A DNA stretch of 64,000 nucleotides, taken from assembly GCF_006345805.1 (NCBI RefSeq), contig NC_042997.1, positions 192,572,001 to 192,636,000 on the forward strand, given 5' to 3'. The notes under the pieces were generated by a model. It did not search any database and was not told the DNA's origin. It worked only from the letters and a program-made list of their open reading frames with translations. This stretch comes from Octopus sinensis (lineage: Eukaryota). This document shows, in pieces, positions 13,428-25,880 of the stretch. Within the stretch, counting starts at the first letter, position 1, and each line of letters begins with the position of its first letter. The position numbers and the translations under genes are program-made.

Positions 13428-15264
13428 CTATCTCGTAGCTTTGAGGGTTTGATGATGCAATTGTTCATTTTTAGAATGACAGTGTTGGGCAGGATTCGTG
13501 ACAGACGAACTGTAGACAGAAACTTCGCTGCGGGCTAGCTAGGAAGTTGGTCAACAGTAAAACAAAAGGGACTTCCGGTAGGAGAAGAAAAACAAAAGAC
13601 TGTCAACAGTGAGTGTGAAACGAATTTGAATGAACTAAATAGAAATAACTGACGACTTAAGCCCTGATGTACGTAAAGTAATAAACCTTTGATAAATGTA
13701 TTCCCGTCCCCACGAGTTTGCGTATAGCTTCACAAAGCTATAACAGTGTAGGGTAGGTGTAAGAGGCTGGATCTGGCCAATTTGAATATAAAACATGGAA
13801 TATTTTGGTCAGATAGGATCTATTTCTTTGCTACCTACAAGGGGCTAAACACAGAGAAGACAAACAAGGACAGACAAACGGATTAAGTCGATTATATCGA
13901 CCCCAGTGCATAACTGGTACTTATTTAATCGACCCCGAAAGGATGAAAGGCAAAGTCGACCTCGGCGGAATTTGAACTCAGAACGTAGCAGCACACGAAA
14001 TACGGCTAAGAGTTTCGCACTGCGTGCTAACGTTTCTGCCAGCTCGCCAGATATGACCGTCTAAATGCTAAAGCGTTAAAGGCGACGAGCTGCCAGAATC
14101 GTTAGTACGGCGGACAAAATGCTCTGTAGTATTTCTTCCGGTTCTTTACATTTTGAGTTCAAATGCCACCGAGTAGACTTTGCCTTTTATCCTTTCGGTG
14201 TCGATAAAATGAGTTGCAGTTAAGTATTGGGGTCGATGCAATCGACTTCCTCCTCCTTCTCTCCTCAGAATTGCTGGCTTTCTGCCAAAGATTAGAAAGA
14301 ACTATTAATGTACACTTTTAAATTTTGCCACAATATATTTTCCTATAAAAATAATAATAAGTGCGCCCTTCTAAAGCCTAGCCAGGCTCATGGGCCCGGT
14401 TTCAATGGCGTATGTGTTCCCCAGCTGGACGGGACGCCAGTCCATCACAACGTTACTCATTTTTGCCAGCTGAGTGGACTGGAGCAACGGGAAATGGAGT
14501 GTTTTGCTCAAGAACACAACGCGTCGCCCGGTCCAGGAATCGAAATCACAATCTTACGTTCATGATGCTGACACCCTAACCACTAAGCCACGCGCCTCCA
14601 TTTATTTTCCTATACATTTCACATAACAACGCTTCAAACTAATAGATTTTGAATTCTGCTGAAGTGAAAGTGATGCTGAGAACAGAATTAATTTCAGAAT
14701 TTTATGTGGAATGGAGAAGAGGAAGTGATGTTGGGATCGCTATGCTTTCCCAAAGGAAATTAGCATCAGAAGAGGAAGGAAATGAATCAGTTCGTCGTTG
14801 TCGGCCTAAATTATTCTAGTGGAGTAAGAGGAAGGGAGAGAGAGAAAGAGACAGACAGACAGAGGGAGAGAGAAAGAAGATACTTGGTGATTTTATCAAC
14901 TGGATGCAAAGATACTGACCCAATAATTTGATGAATGGTTTGTGGGGCAAGAGGGACGAAAGGCTATAATCACCGACAGAGATGAGACATAAACGAAAAA
15001 GAGCCTAACTAATCCAATGGTTCACAGACTGTCAAACGACCGCCCCAGCCTCACGAAAATACTCTTTTACTCTTATACTTGTTTCAGTCATTTGACTGCG
15101 GCCATGCTGGGGCACCGCCTTTAGCCGAGCAAATCGACCCCAGGACTTAATTTCTTTGTAAGCCTAGTACTTATTCTATCGGTCTCTTTTGCCAAACCGC
15201 CAAGTTACGGGGACATTAACACACCAGCTCGGTTGTCAAGCGATGTTGGAGGGGGGGACAAGCA

Positions 15265-15317
<53 letters not shown>

Positions 15318-16274
15318 CATTATTTTTTCACCCTTGCATCTTCATAGAGGAATCAACGGAAATGAAAACAGGTTCAAACGAGTGTCAAAAATAATGTTTT
15401 ACGCTCGAGATTTGTTTGCTTAACGAATATTGCCACAAGGGAAAGCGCTATGAGGCGGGTAAAGAGAGGAAAAAACCCCAAGAAGTGCGTGTATACTGAA
15501 CCACATGGCTGTATGGTAAGAAGCTTACTTCCAAACCATATGGTTCCGGGTTCAGTCCCACTGCCTGGTACATTAGGCAAGTGTTTTCTACTGCAACCTC
15601 GGACCTACAAAAGTCTTGTGAGAGGATCTGGTAGACAGAAACTAAAAGAAACCCGTCGTATATGTTCCACATCGAAAGCGTTGTTCCATTAAAACCTTCC
15701 AGAAAATGTTGATAAAATTCTTCAACTTATTTAGACTGTTGGTGCCACTAGAAAAAGTTGTTTAAATTACTTTTGTCTGATTTATCCAAACATACAAACT
15801 CTGTGTGTGCGTGTGTATGTGTGTGCGTGGGGTGTGTACGTGAGTGTGTGTGTGTATGCACACGTGCGTGCGTACGTGCGGTTACATGCACATGCATTTA
15901 TATGCATATGTGTGTATGTATATACATTTATATAAGTATGCAAATACTATATATATACACACATATATATATATGCGTATAGGTATATTTATGTATACAT
16001 ATTTGCATATCTATATATATGTATATGCGTATGTATATATATATAAATATATATATATATATAATATATTAATAAATAAAACATATGCATATATATATAC
16101 ATATATGTACGTACCTACCTCTACATGTATACATACACGCATATATGAGTACAGGACACCAAAAAAATGTCGAACACAATGAGAAACGAAAACATAGACA
16201 CAAACCCAAGGAACTGGACATTTTTCTTCAACAACAAAAAAATAGAATACAGGACAAATAACACAAGGAAAATT

Positions 16275-16335
16275 CCCCTTCTTCAGTCGCCAAGATTTCA
16301 TCTACTCTACGTTTCGAAGGTGAAGGCGAGACGTA
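16275..16335 (-). ncRNA. Candidate non-circularly permuted hammerhead ribozyme (copy in repeat family X)
   Basis: TACGT C TCGCC ttca CCTTC GAAA CGTA (16 nt) GGCGA CTGAAGA A GGGG. Stem III TACGT/ACGTA, stem I TCGCC/GGCGA, stem II GGGG with CCTT or CTTC, GUC triplet. Confidence 0.6.
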
Positions 16336-16559
16336 TCTTCGATAGAAACATTCCTTCCTGCGAAAAGCAAATCAAATAAAATTTGGGATCTCTTTGCAGA
16401 GGGGTAAAAATGGTAACAAAAACAGGACAGTAACGACAGTACAAAATATAAGCAGTAAAAGACAGGACAAGGAAAATAACAAGACAAGAAGGGCTGTTAA
16501 GCCGAACGAAAAAAAGGATTACGAACGCTATTTCTGTGGACGGCGAAGGGAGCAAAGAA

Positions 16560-16591
<32 letters not shown>

Positions 16592-16794
16592 GAATAAAAG
16601 AATAAGAGAGAGAAAGAGAGAAAACGAAAGAGTGCGCATCTGAAGTATTAAGATAAAACTTACTTGGAAGAAGATGTATGGAGTTCAGTCATATAATAAA
16701 ATAAATATAATAGACGCCAGATAGGAAGGTAATATTATTTATATTATTATATGGTTGAACGCCACGCATCCTCTTCCAAGTAATTTTTCATGTG

Positions 16795-16848
<54 letters not shown>

Positions 16849-16905
16849 ATATATATACATATATATATATATATATACATATATACATCATATATACATA
16901 CATAT

Positions 16906-17060
<155 letters not shown>

Positions 17061-17296
17061 TTAAGAGATAGAACCTCCATAAAGTAATTCAATTAATACT
17101 GAAAGATATTATCTATACTATAATATAAATTTAAATATATTATTATTAACACTGTATTAAAAATTTCTATACTAAATAATATACTTTAAAAAATACACAT
17201 TAAAACGACTTTAGTATTAATATTGTGCTAAAAATGTCTATACTAAATAATACATATTGAAAACATAATACACAATAAAAAAATACACATTAAAAC

Positions 17297-17403
17297 GACG
17301 ACGCGCGTTTCGTGACTATGTATACAAATCTACAATATCAAAATCCATACTCTCAAAAATTAATATTTCTTTGATCCAACGATACATATCCACTCTTCAG
17401 GTC
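17297..17403 (-). ncRNA. Type I hammerhead ribozyme with long stem II and palindromic stem III
   Basis: GAC CTGAAGA GTG GA TATGTAT (58-nt loop) ATACATA GT CAC GAAA CGCGCG TC GTC. Confidence 0.6.
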
Positions 17404-18072
17404 TTAATAACATAAAATAAAATTACAACATAACTGAAGACGTTATAATTACACTATACATTTATAAATAATTGATAAGATTTGACAATATTAAAGAAAA
17501 GTTGGAGTATGGCTTATCTTATTGATCAGCACCAGTTAAATCCGTAAATTAAAGATGGCATTTAAGGTTTGTCCTCTATTTATATGATTTCCCATGTGGG
17601 GAAGATAATTTTTAATTATTGAATACCAGTACTAAAGAAAATACTCTCCTCTATTTAAGATTTCCGGTGTAGGAAATATTAAAAATAGGAAAAATAGAAA
17701 ATATATATATATGTGAAGGAAAAAAAAATTATTTCCGTGGTTCATTTATTTAGATAGGTAAATAATCAGATAGAATTTACTGGTTTTTATGAAAAGTAAA
17801 AACGCAATTTATCTTATTTATGTCACTTAAATAGAATTTTATACGTTAAACTAAAAATTAAAATTTAAACTTATAATATATAATTTATGATTTACAAATT
17901 TGGAATTAAAATTATACTAGATTAAAATTATACTAGGCTAAAATTATACTAAAACCATGTTTAAAATTATCTGCTGTTTTATTTTTACAAGAATTCTATA
18001 ACTTTATACTAATACATAAATAATAATTTTAGGACTGGTAAGTAGAAATATGTATTATAACGTTACAAATTG

Positions 18073-18154
<82 letters not shown>

Positions 18155-18181
18155 ATGTATATATATATATATATATATGTG

Positions 18182-18270
<89 letters not shown>

Positions 18271-18848
18271 CATACATACATATATACATATATATACTAG
18301 CTGACGTACCTGGTAATTCCCGGGAAAGCTGGACTTATCCCTTTGTTCCGTTCTCATAATTGTTTCGCTAATCCAATAACAACAATACAATGTATGTAGC
18401 CCTTCAAACTGTTTTTGTGCATTTACAGAGAATACCGAACTGTCTTACACAGGATCTTGTTTTTAGGAATTCTCAATAAGTTATGAACACCCTCAGGGGT
18501 GCTAGTGTTGTGAATAAGTCACTAACCGAAATAAGTGGATCTATTGTTTACAAAAATACTATTTACTTGTTTAAGGGTTGTACTGGATAAATCGAAAAAA
18601 TAAATCTAACGGTTCAAATACTAAGAAATAAGCATACTCGATTTCATTTTTACCAAAAAATTAGGAAAATGAATGGATTATTTCCCTTGGCTACTTATAA
18701 TGATCCCTTCCAGTGGCCCTATTATCGTTTTTTTTCAACAATCTCAGTATGCCATGAGGTTTCCAGACATGAGTGTCAAGTTTCGTCTAAAGCGATAAAA
18801 CTACGTAGGAAGAGTTAGCTAACAACTCCATATATATAATATATATAT

Positions 18849-18942
<94 letters not shown>

Positions 18943-18949
18943 GACACAT

Positions 18950-19570
18950 TTATTGTACTTATAAGACAACTCGATGTATCGATGTAGTTATATGTACTAC
19001 ATATTGCCCTCCAGATACTCCGAATCATGCAGACAATTTCGAAAACTGTTTACAAAAATAGAAGTTCTAGTTACATTAGAACAACACCTAAATGTACTTC
19101 TTATGGGAGACTTCAATATGCCAAATTTCGGATGGCCCGAGGGCCTTTCTCTCCCAGGAATGGTGCGATGTGAACAAGCACAGGTGAAGTTCCTCCTGAA
19201 ACTCAACCAGGGCAGGTAATATACTGGATCTCTGCTTCAGGAATAATATGGATCTCATCCATAATAGTGACTCCGACGCTGACATAGTAGAACTGACCAT
19301 GTACAGACCAAGGGAAACTATGGACATGCAACCTACAAGAAACTCTCAAAATCTTTCCAGTTTGAACTTCCATAAGACAAACTGGAAACAAATTGAGAAA
19401 GAGATTCTCAAACAAAACTAGCCTAAATGTTTCTTCTCATCGGACATCGGTGACATATCTCGACTTTGCAAAGGCCTTCGATAAAGTCGATCATGGACTG
19501 ATATTCACAAACTGCGTGATCTCAGCATAGTCGGGGAATTGGGAGAATGGCTGCATGACTTTCCGAAGTC
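18950..19570 (+). pseudogene. CR1-like LINE fragments (APE endonuclease and RT)
   Basis: NVLLMGDFNMPNFGW and VTYLDFAKAFDKVDHG motifs in broken frames. Confidence 0.75.
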
Positions 19571-21112
19571 AATTTCTAAAAAGAATTAGTGAAGTAAAAT
19601 TATGTAGCAACACCAAATGGCGGTGCCCCAGCATGGCCACAGCTCATGAGCTGAAACTAGATCAAATCAAATCAAACCACACACACACACACACACACAA
19701 ATACATTATTTAACAATTTAAAATGCATATAATAAGTGCTTGCGCGTGTGCATGTGTGTAAATAAGGAACAGAATTTTCATTTTTAATCATGAAAGACAC
19801 AACTAAGTTCGAGTTTGATCTTCTTTATTAAAGATTTTTTTTCATATTTCTTCATTAGTCTTTTGTGTTTAGCTTGAAAGGATAACATTTAATGAAAAAT
19901 CTGTCAGTCCATTAACCTTTCGCGAACTTTACAGCCCCATCATCTGAATAACATGATGATGGCCATAATGGCGTGTTATGGTACACTTTGCAATAGATTG
20001 CAAAGGATCATGGGTAATATTGGTATAAAGCTGATGAAAATCGCTCCGTACCAGATTTTAAAATTATACAACAGGAAATCTTAGTTTATTTCATGAATTA
20101 TTTTACCTGTAATGTGTCTCTGTGCTAATTTTTGGTTTGAACTTTGCTATTAGCAGGGCTCCCGTGGTTATTCTTATTTTTATGAAATCCTATAGAACTT
20201 CTAATGTTTTTCTATCCAGATTCGTTTCGTACACTGCGTTATAATAAATTGCAATACCGCCTTGTTGTAAATGCATAGTCAACCGACGAGAAAGAGCCGG
20301 ACTTGTGTATCCTATTTAACAGTTTGAGTCGTGGAGTTAACAACTTTCATATTTATATTGAAATTTGTATATTATATTAGTTATATGAAGTACACCCTGT
20401 AGCTTCGTATTAACGAGCATTTTTTTAAAATCTGGCATGTGCCTGTGTTTTTATTATACATTCTGTCAGTCTATGGTTAAGTGTGGTACAAGTGGTCAGC
20501 TTATATTGCTGCGGCGAGCAGTCCTCCTACACTGATTGGCCAACATGAGAGGAGGACAAATCAGGCGTAAACTAGGGGCGATTGTAAACTTCATAAAACG
20601 TGAAATTAAAGCCCCCTTAAGTACTCAATCAATTTTGTAATAAATAAATTAATTAATATGCACTCGTTTGTATATATACTGGTACATACACACCTGTGTG
20701 TAGTCTAGAGTACGGCTTAATTTGTACAAAACTGATGCAGATCTATTCGAAAGTTCTCAACGGAATATTTAAGGTGAATTACGCGTGAGATTGTAGGCAC
20801 TAACCCGCGTGCACACACATACACACACATACATATCATCCGCACATCCACACACCTACACATTACAAACACACACACTTATATATGCACCCATCCACAC
20901 GTCAAAGTCACTCGCCCCAATCCACACACACACTGACACATTTTCACACATACGCACGCGCACGCGCACCTTCGTTTTGAGATCACCAATACTTTATTAT
21001 CTCCCCTTCTTTCTACCTCTCCGGTCAAACCCTCCCCCCACTCCAACCAGTCGCCATGCTTGATCGCTAAATCCACAAGTCTTTTTATTCTCTCTGTTTA
21101 TTTTCTCTTATT

Positions 21113-21150
21113 TCTTTCTGTTGAAGAGCATAGGCTCGAAACGTAAAAGA
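21113..21150 (+). ncRNA. Minimal type I hammerhead variant (core CUGUUGA, A6U) within a short repeat at ~21060-21235
   Basis: TCTTT CTGTTGA A GAGC ATAG GCTC GAAA CG TA AAAGA. Stem I 5 bp, stem II 4 bp, loop-less palindromic ACGT stem III. Confidence 0.6.
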
Positions 21151-21260
21151 CCTTCTCACTTCCCCGAGCGTCAAACTAATACACCTACTTGTTCATACAC
21201 CTGTCTTCATCTTTCGTTTATCTGTAAATTTCAGGTATATATATATATATATATATATAT

Positions 21261-21299
<39 letters not shown>

Positions 21300-21300
21300 T

Positions 21301-21367
<67 letters not shown>

Positions 21368-21616
21368 ATATATATATATATAATTTATATATGAGGATAA
21401 TATCGATATTTAAGTATCAATATTATCAAGTGGCCAGCATGGGAAAAATACCGTACAAAGGTAATAATTTTTAACAATTAAAAATGAGGGTGTCTAACAG
21501 ACACCAACATGCCGAAATAGCAGTCGAAATTCTGACTATAAAAACCACGTTAAGTGTTCATATCGTACCATGAGATAAGACAGAGGGACAAAATATACAA
21601 GCAAAATTATTTAATA

Positions 21617-21675
21617 ATTCAAGATCCAGGATTTCTGGTTTTGCTTTAAATAAGCTTTACCGTCATCAATTGAAT
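21617..21675 (-). ncRNA. Type I hammerhead motif, copy 1 of the 480-bp unit
   Basis: ATTCAA TTGATGA C GGT AAA GCTT ATTTA AAGC AAA ACC A GAAA TCC T GGA TC TTGAAT (C3U core). Confidence 0.6.
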
Positions 21676-22096
21676 ATATCAAGGGTACATAAATACAGAT
21701 ATATATATGCACAACAAACGATATACTTACATATACGAACGTCCATACATAAATACATATGTACGTATGCACGCGGCCAGTTAAATTGCCCGCCAAAGCA
21801 CCCCATAAGCACGATATGGTTAAAATAAACACCGCAGTGAATATAATAACGAATTATATAAATTTATATATGAGGATAATATCGATATTTAAGTATCAAT
21901 ATTATCAAGTGGCCAACATGGGAAAAATACCGTACAAAGGTAATAATTTTTAACAATTAAAAATGAGGGTGTCTAACAGACACCAACATGCCGAAATAGC
22001 AGTCGAAATTCTGACTATAAAAACCACGTTAAGTGTTCATATCGTACCATGAGATAAGACAGAGGGACAAAATATACAAGCAAAAATTATTGAATA

Positions 22097-22155
22097 ATTC
22101 AAGATCCAGGATTTCTGGTTTTGCTTTAAATAAGCTTTACTGTCATCAATTGAAT
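22097..22155 (-). ncRNA. Type I hammerhead motif, copy 2 (stem II GGT>AGT)
   Basis: Same motif exactly 480 nt from copy 1. Confidence 0.55.
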
Positions 22156-22361
22156 ATATTAAGGGTACATAAATACAGATATATATATGCAGAAATTCAC
22201 TGCGGTGTTTATTTTAACCATATCGTGCTTATGGGGTGCTTTGGCGGGCAATTTAACTGGCCGCGTGCATACGTACATATGTATTTATGTATGGACGTTC
22301 GTATATGTAAGTATATCGTTTGTTGTGCATATATATATCTGTATTTATGTACCCTTGGTAT

Positions 22362-22420
22362 ATTCAATTGATGACGGTAAAGCTTATTTAAATCAAAACC
22401 AGAAATCCTGGATCTTGAAT
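22362..22420 (+). ncRNA. Type I hammerhead motif, copy 3 (inverted copy)
   Basis: ATTCAA TTGATGA C GGT...ACC A GAAA TCC T GGA TC TTGAAT read directly on +. Confidence 0.6.
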
Positions 22421-22594
22421 TATTCAATAATTTTTGCTTGTATATTTTGTCCCTCTGTCTTATCTCATGGTACGATATGAACACTTAACGTGGTTTTTCT
22501 AGTCAGAATTTCGACTGCTATTTTGGCATTGGTGTCTCTTAGACACCCTCATTTCTAATTGTTATATATATATTATATATATATATATATATAT

Positions 22595-22639
<45 letters not shown>

Positions 22640-23143
22640 GGCCTTTGAAATGGACAGAATTAGTGTTTTTATCGTATCAATACTATCCTTGCAAGCATGG
22701 GAGAGGCGAGAGCCACGACCACGAGTATACCTATGTTTTAATTATTTTCAGGCTGTGACAAAACGTCTGCCTTCAACAAGTTGGGCAAAGTCCTTTTGGC
22801 AGATGTACAAAATCGTCAGAGAGACATTTGCGTATCTCACCTGTCATACCTTTCAGCTGCAGGATGTTGACGACATCTTATTCAAGAAGCTCGGTAGACG
22901 GAAAGTTATTCGGTTGACAAACACAATTTGTTGAATCTTGTTCCGTAACTTAGCGGTTCAGTAAAAGGAACCGATAGAATAAGTACAAATAAGTATCAGG
23001 CTTTAAAAATAAGCACTGGGGTCGATTCGTTCAACCGAAATTCTTCAAATCGGTGCTTCAGCATGGCCACAGTCTAATCACTGAAACAAATAAAAGGTTA
23101 TATATATATATATATATTATATATATTATATATATATATACTC

Positions 23144-23191
<48 letters not shown>

Positions 23192-23197
23192 TTACTC

Positions 23198-23233
<36 letters not shown>

Positions 23234-23274
23234 ATATATATATAATATATATATACTCCCATATATATATATAC

Positions 23275-24030
23275 TCCCATACTCTCTTCCTTCTGGAGAA
23301 ATTCTCATGGCATCCAACAACATCAGAGACTTGGAGTACCAGTGGACAACAACATAAGCTGGGCTACACATATAAGCAGCAAAGTTGACATGGCCCGCAG
23401 ATGTGTTTCCTGGATTCTCAGAACCTTCCAGTCGAGAGATTCCCACGCTATATTATCCTTCTCTTCTCCACTTTTGCCCGACCCCACCTTGAATACTGCT
23501 GTCCACTGTGGTCTCCCTACACAAAACAAAATATTATGAGAATTGAAGCTCCCCAAAGGTCAATCACAAAAAAGATAGATGGCATGTCAGACCTTGACTA
23601 CTGGGGTAGACTAGAGAAGCTGAAATTGTATTCACTCCAACGACGCCGTGAACGCTACATTATCTGTATGATGTGAAATATTCCATCAGCACTGTCCGAA
23701 TGATGTTGGCATCACCTTCAAAATACATCCAAGCTTGGACCACGTGCCATCCGTCCACAACAGAAATCTAAATCGCATCACATAACGACAATACGCCACA
23801 ACTATTTCACCTCAATTGGACCCGCTCTCTTCAACATTACACCAGGATACGTCAAAAAAAGATACTGACCACACAAAATTCAAGAAGTCTTTGGATAAAT
23901 TCCTTCAAACAGTACCGGACAAACCACCCACACCCGGATATGTCTCCGCAAACAATAACTCTCTGCTCGAATGGGCCTTGGTGCCCATCCTGACTGAAAG
24001 ACTTCGCCAGGTGGTGCTATTAAGTTAGAC
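23275..24030 (+). pseudogene. 5'-truncated CR1-like LINE (RT C-terminus and 3' end), frameshifted
   Basis: LGVPVDNNISWATHI, ARPHLEYCCPLWSP, RLEKLKLYSLQRRRER motifs. Confidence 0.85.
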
Positions 24031-24174
24031 ATGGCCTGGGCCAATACTGGCCAAAACCTTTCTAAGTTATTCTAAGTTATATACACTTAGATATATAACC
24101 CTATATAACCTTATACATATACATACATACATATATATTATACATATATATATATATACAATATATATACATAC

Positions 24175-24206
<32 letters not shown>

Positions 24207-24281
24207 ATATATAATATATATACAATATTATATATATATATATAACCTTATATATACAATACATCATATATATATACATAC

Positions 24282-24329
<48 letters not shown>

Positions 24330-24344
24330 GTGTATATATATATA

Positions 24345-24401
<57 letters not shown>

Positions 24402-25880
24402 AAGGGCTTACATACAGTATCTATTAAATTCACTCATAGGAGTATTGGTCAGCCAAGAGCTATAGTAGTAGCCTACACACGCACGCACACATATGTATGT
24501 ATATTATATAAGCGATAATCGTTCTCTGCTGTGCTTTGATTCTTATATCTTTGCTAAAACTAGAGAGCGAGGGACCACGGGAGGTAATTGAGCTGGACTA
24601 CTCCACAGAGAGATGGAGGCAGAAATAGAAAATCAGGAAATTATGTCATCTGGAACTTTTGATTGGAAATGTATAGAAAACCATAGAAAGGTTTCAAGTA
24701 CATATTTCGTGACCCCAAACCGATTTTAATGTTAATTTGGATCTTTTAGCATACGATTATTATCAGCAATGATTCTGGCATCTTCATTTGAGCTGTCCCA
24801 GGAGGAAGCGCTGATGTTTTTATATATGTATATGTCTGTAGTGTATGTTTATTTTCTGACAAAGATGAGTTCAACATGTTTTATTTGGCCTACTAAACTA
24901 CAGCATCAAGTAAAATACCGACTTATGCTGCACTGATGTCCACCAGATTCCGTATGTACATACATACATACTTCCATCAATCCATCCATCCATCAATACA
25001 TACATACATAATACATACATACATACATACATACATACATACATAATACATACATACATACTTCCATCCATCCATCATCATCCATCCATCCATCCATACA
25101 TACATACATACATACATACATACATACATACATACATACATGCATACATACATAGACTCAAGTATCTTCATGCATGCATGTATACGAATATTAGCGGAAT
25201 ATATATATATACATACATATATATATATATATGTGTGTGTATGTATGTGTATGCATCTACATACATTTACACACATGCACACATACACAATATTCATACA
25301 TGCATATGTATATACAAACATACGTGCATGCATGTATACATCCATACATGCAAGTATAGATATGAATATTAAATGGACATTTTATATGTATGCCTGCATT
25401 TGTGCATATATTATATATCTGTGTGTGTGCATTTTAAAATCCACAAAGACCAGAACTTAACTGCAGCTCTTAACTGCATAGATGGTTCTAAGAAGGTGTA
25501 GTAGGTACGGGAGGTGGTCAAACTCTGCATAAGCAGTAGGCAACCACCACACACACACACACACACATATATATACATATGTATATATATACATGCATAC
25601 ATACATACATGTATGTATATATATATAGATAGATACACACATTCATACATATGCATATACATAAACAAGCATACAATCATACATACATACATACGTACGT
25701 ACATACATACATATATACACACATACATATATACATACATACATACATACATACATACATACATACATACATACATACATACATACATACATGGAAATGA
25801 ATATCGGTGAGTAAGTATTAAATGTTCTCTCCTCTCAAACAAAATTTAACTCATTTTCCTCTTTTTGCTCATTTGTTACA

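Larger units (their letters stand above)
21382..22564. repeat. ~480-bp unit: full copy (21382-21860), partial tandem copy (21861-22191), inverted copy (22195-22564 = revcomp of 21472-21842)
   Basis: Direct alignment by eye; only a few substitutions and indels between copies. Confidence 0.95.

Noticed and set aside
19910-19955. CAGATGA...GAAA motif on the minus strand
   Set aside because: Core mutated, stems I-III poorly paired.
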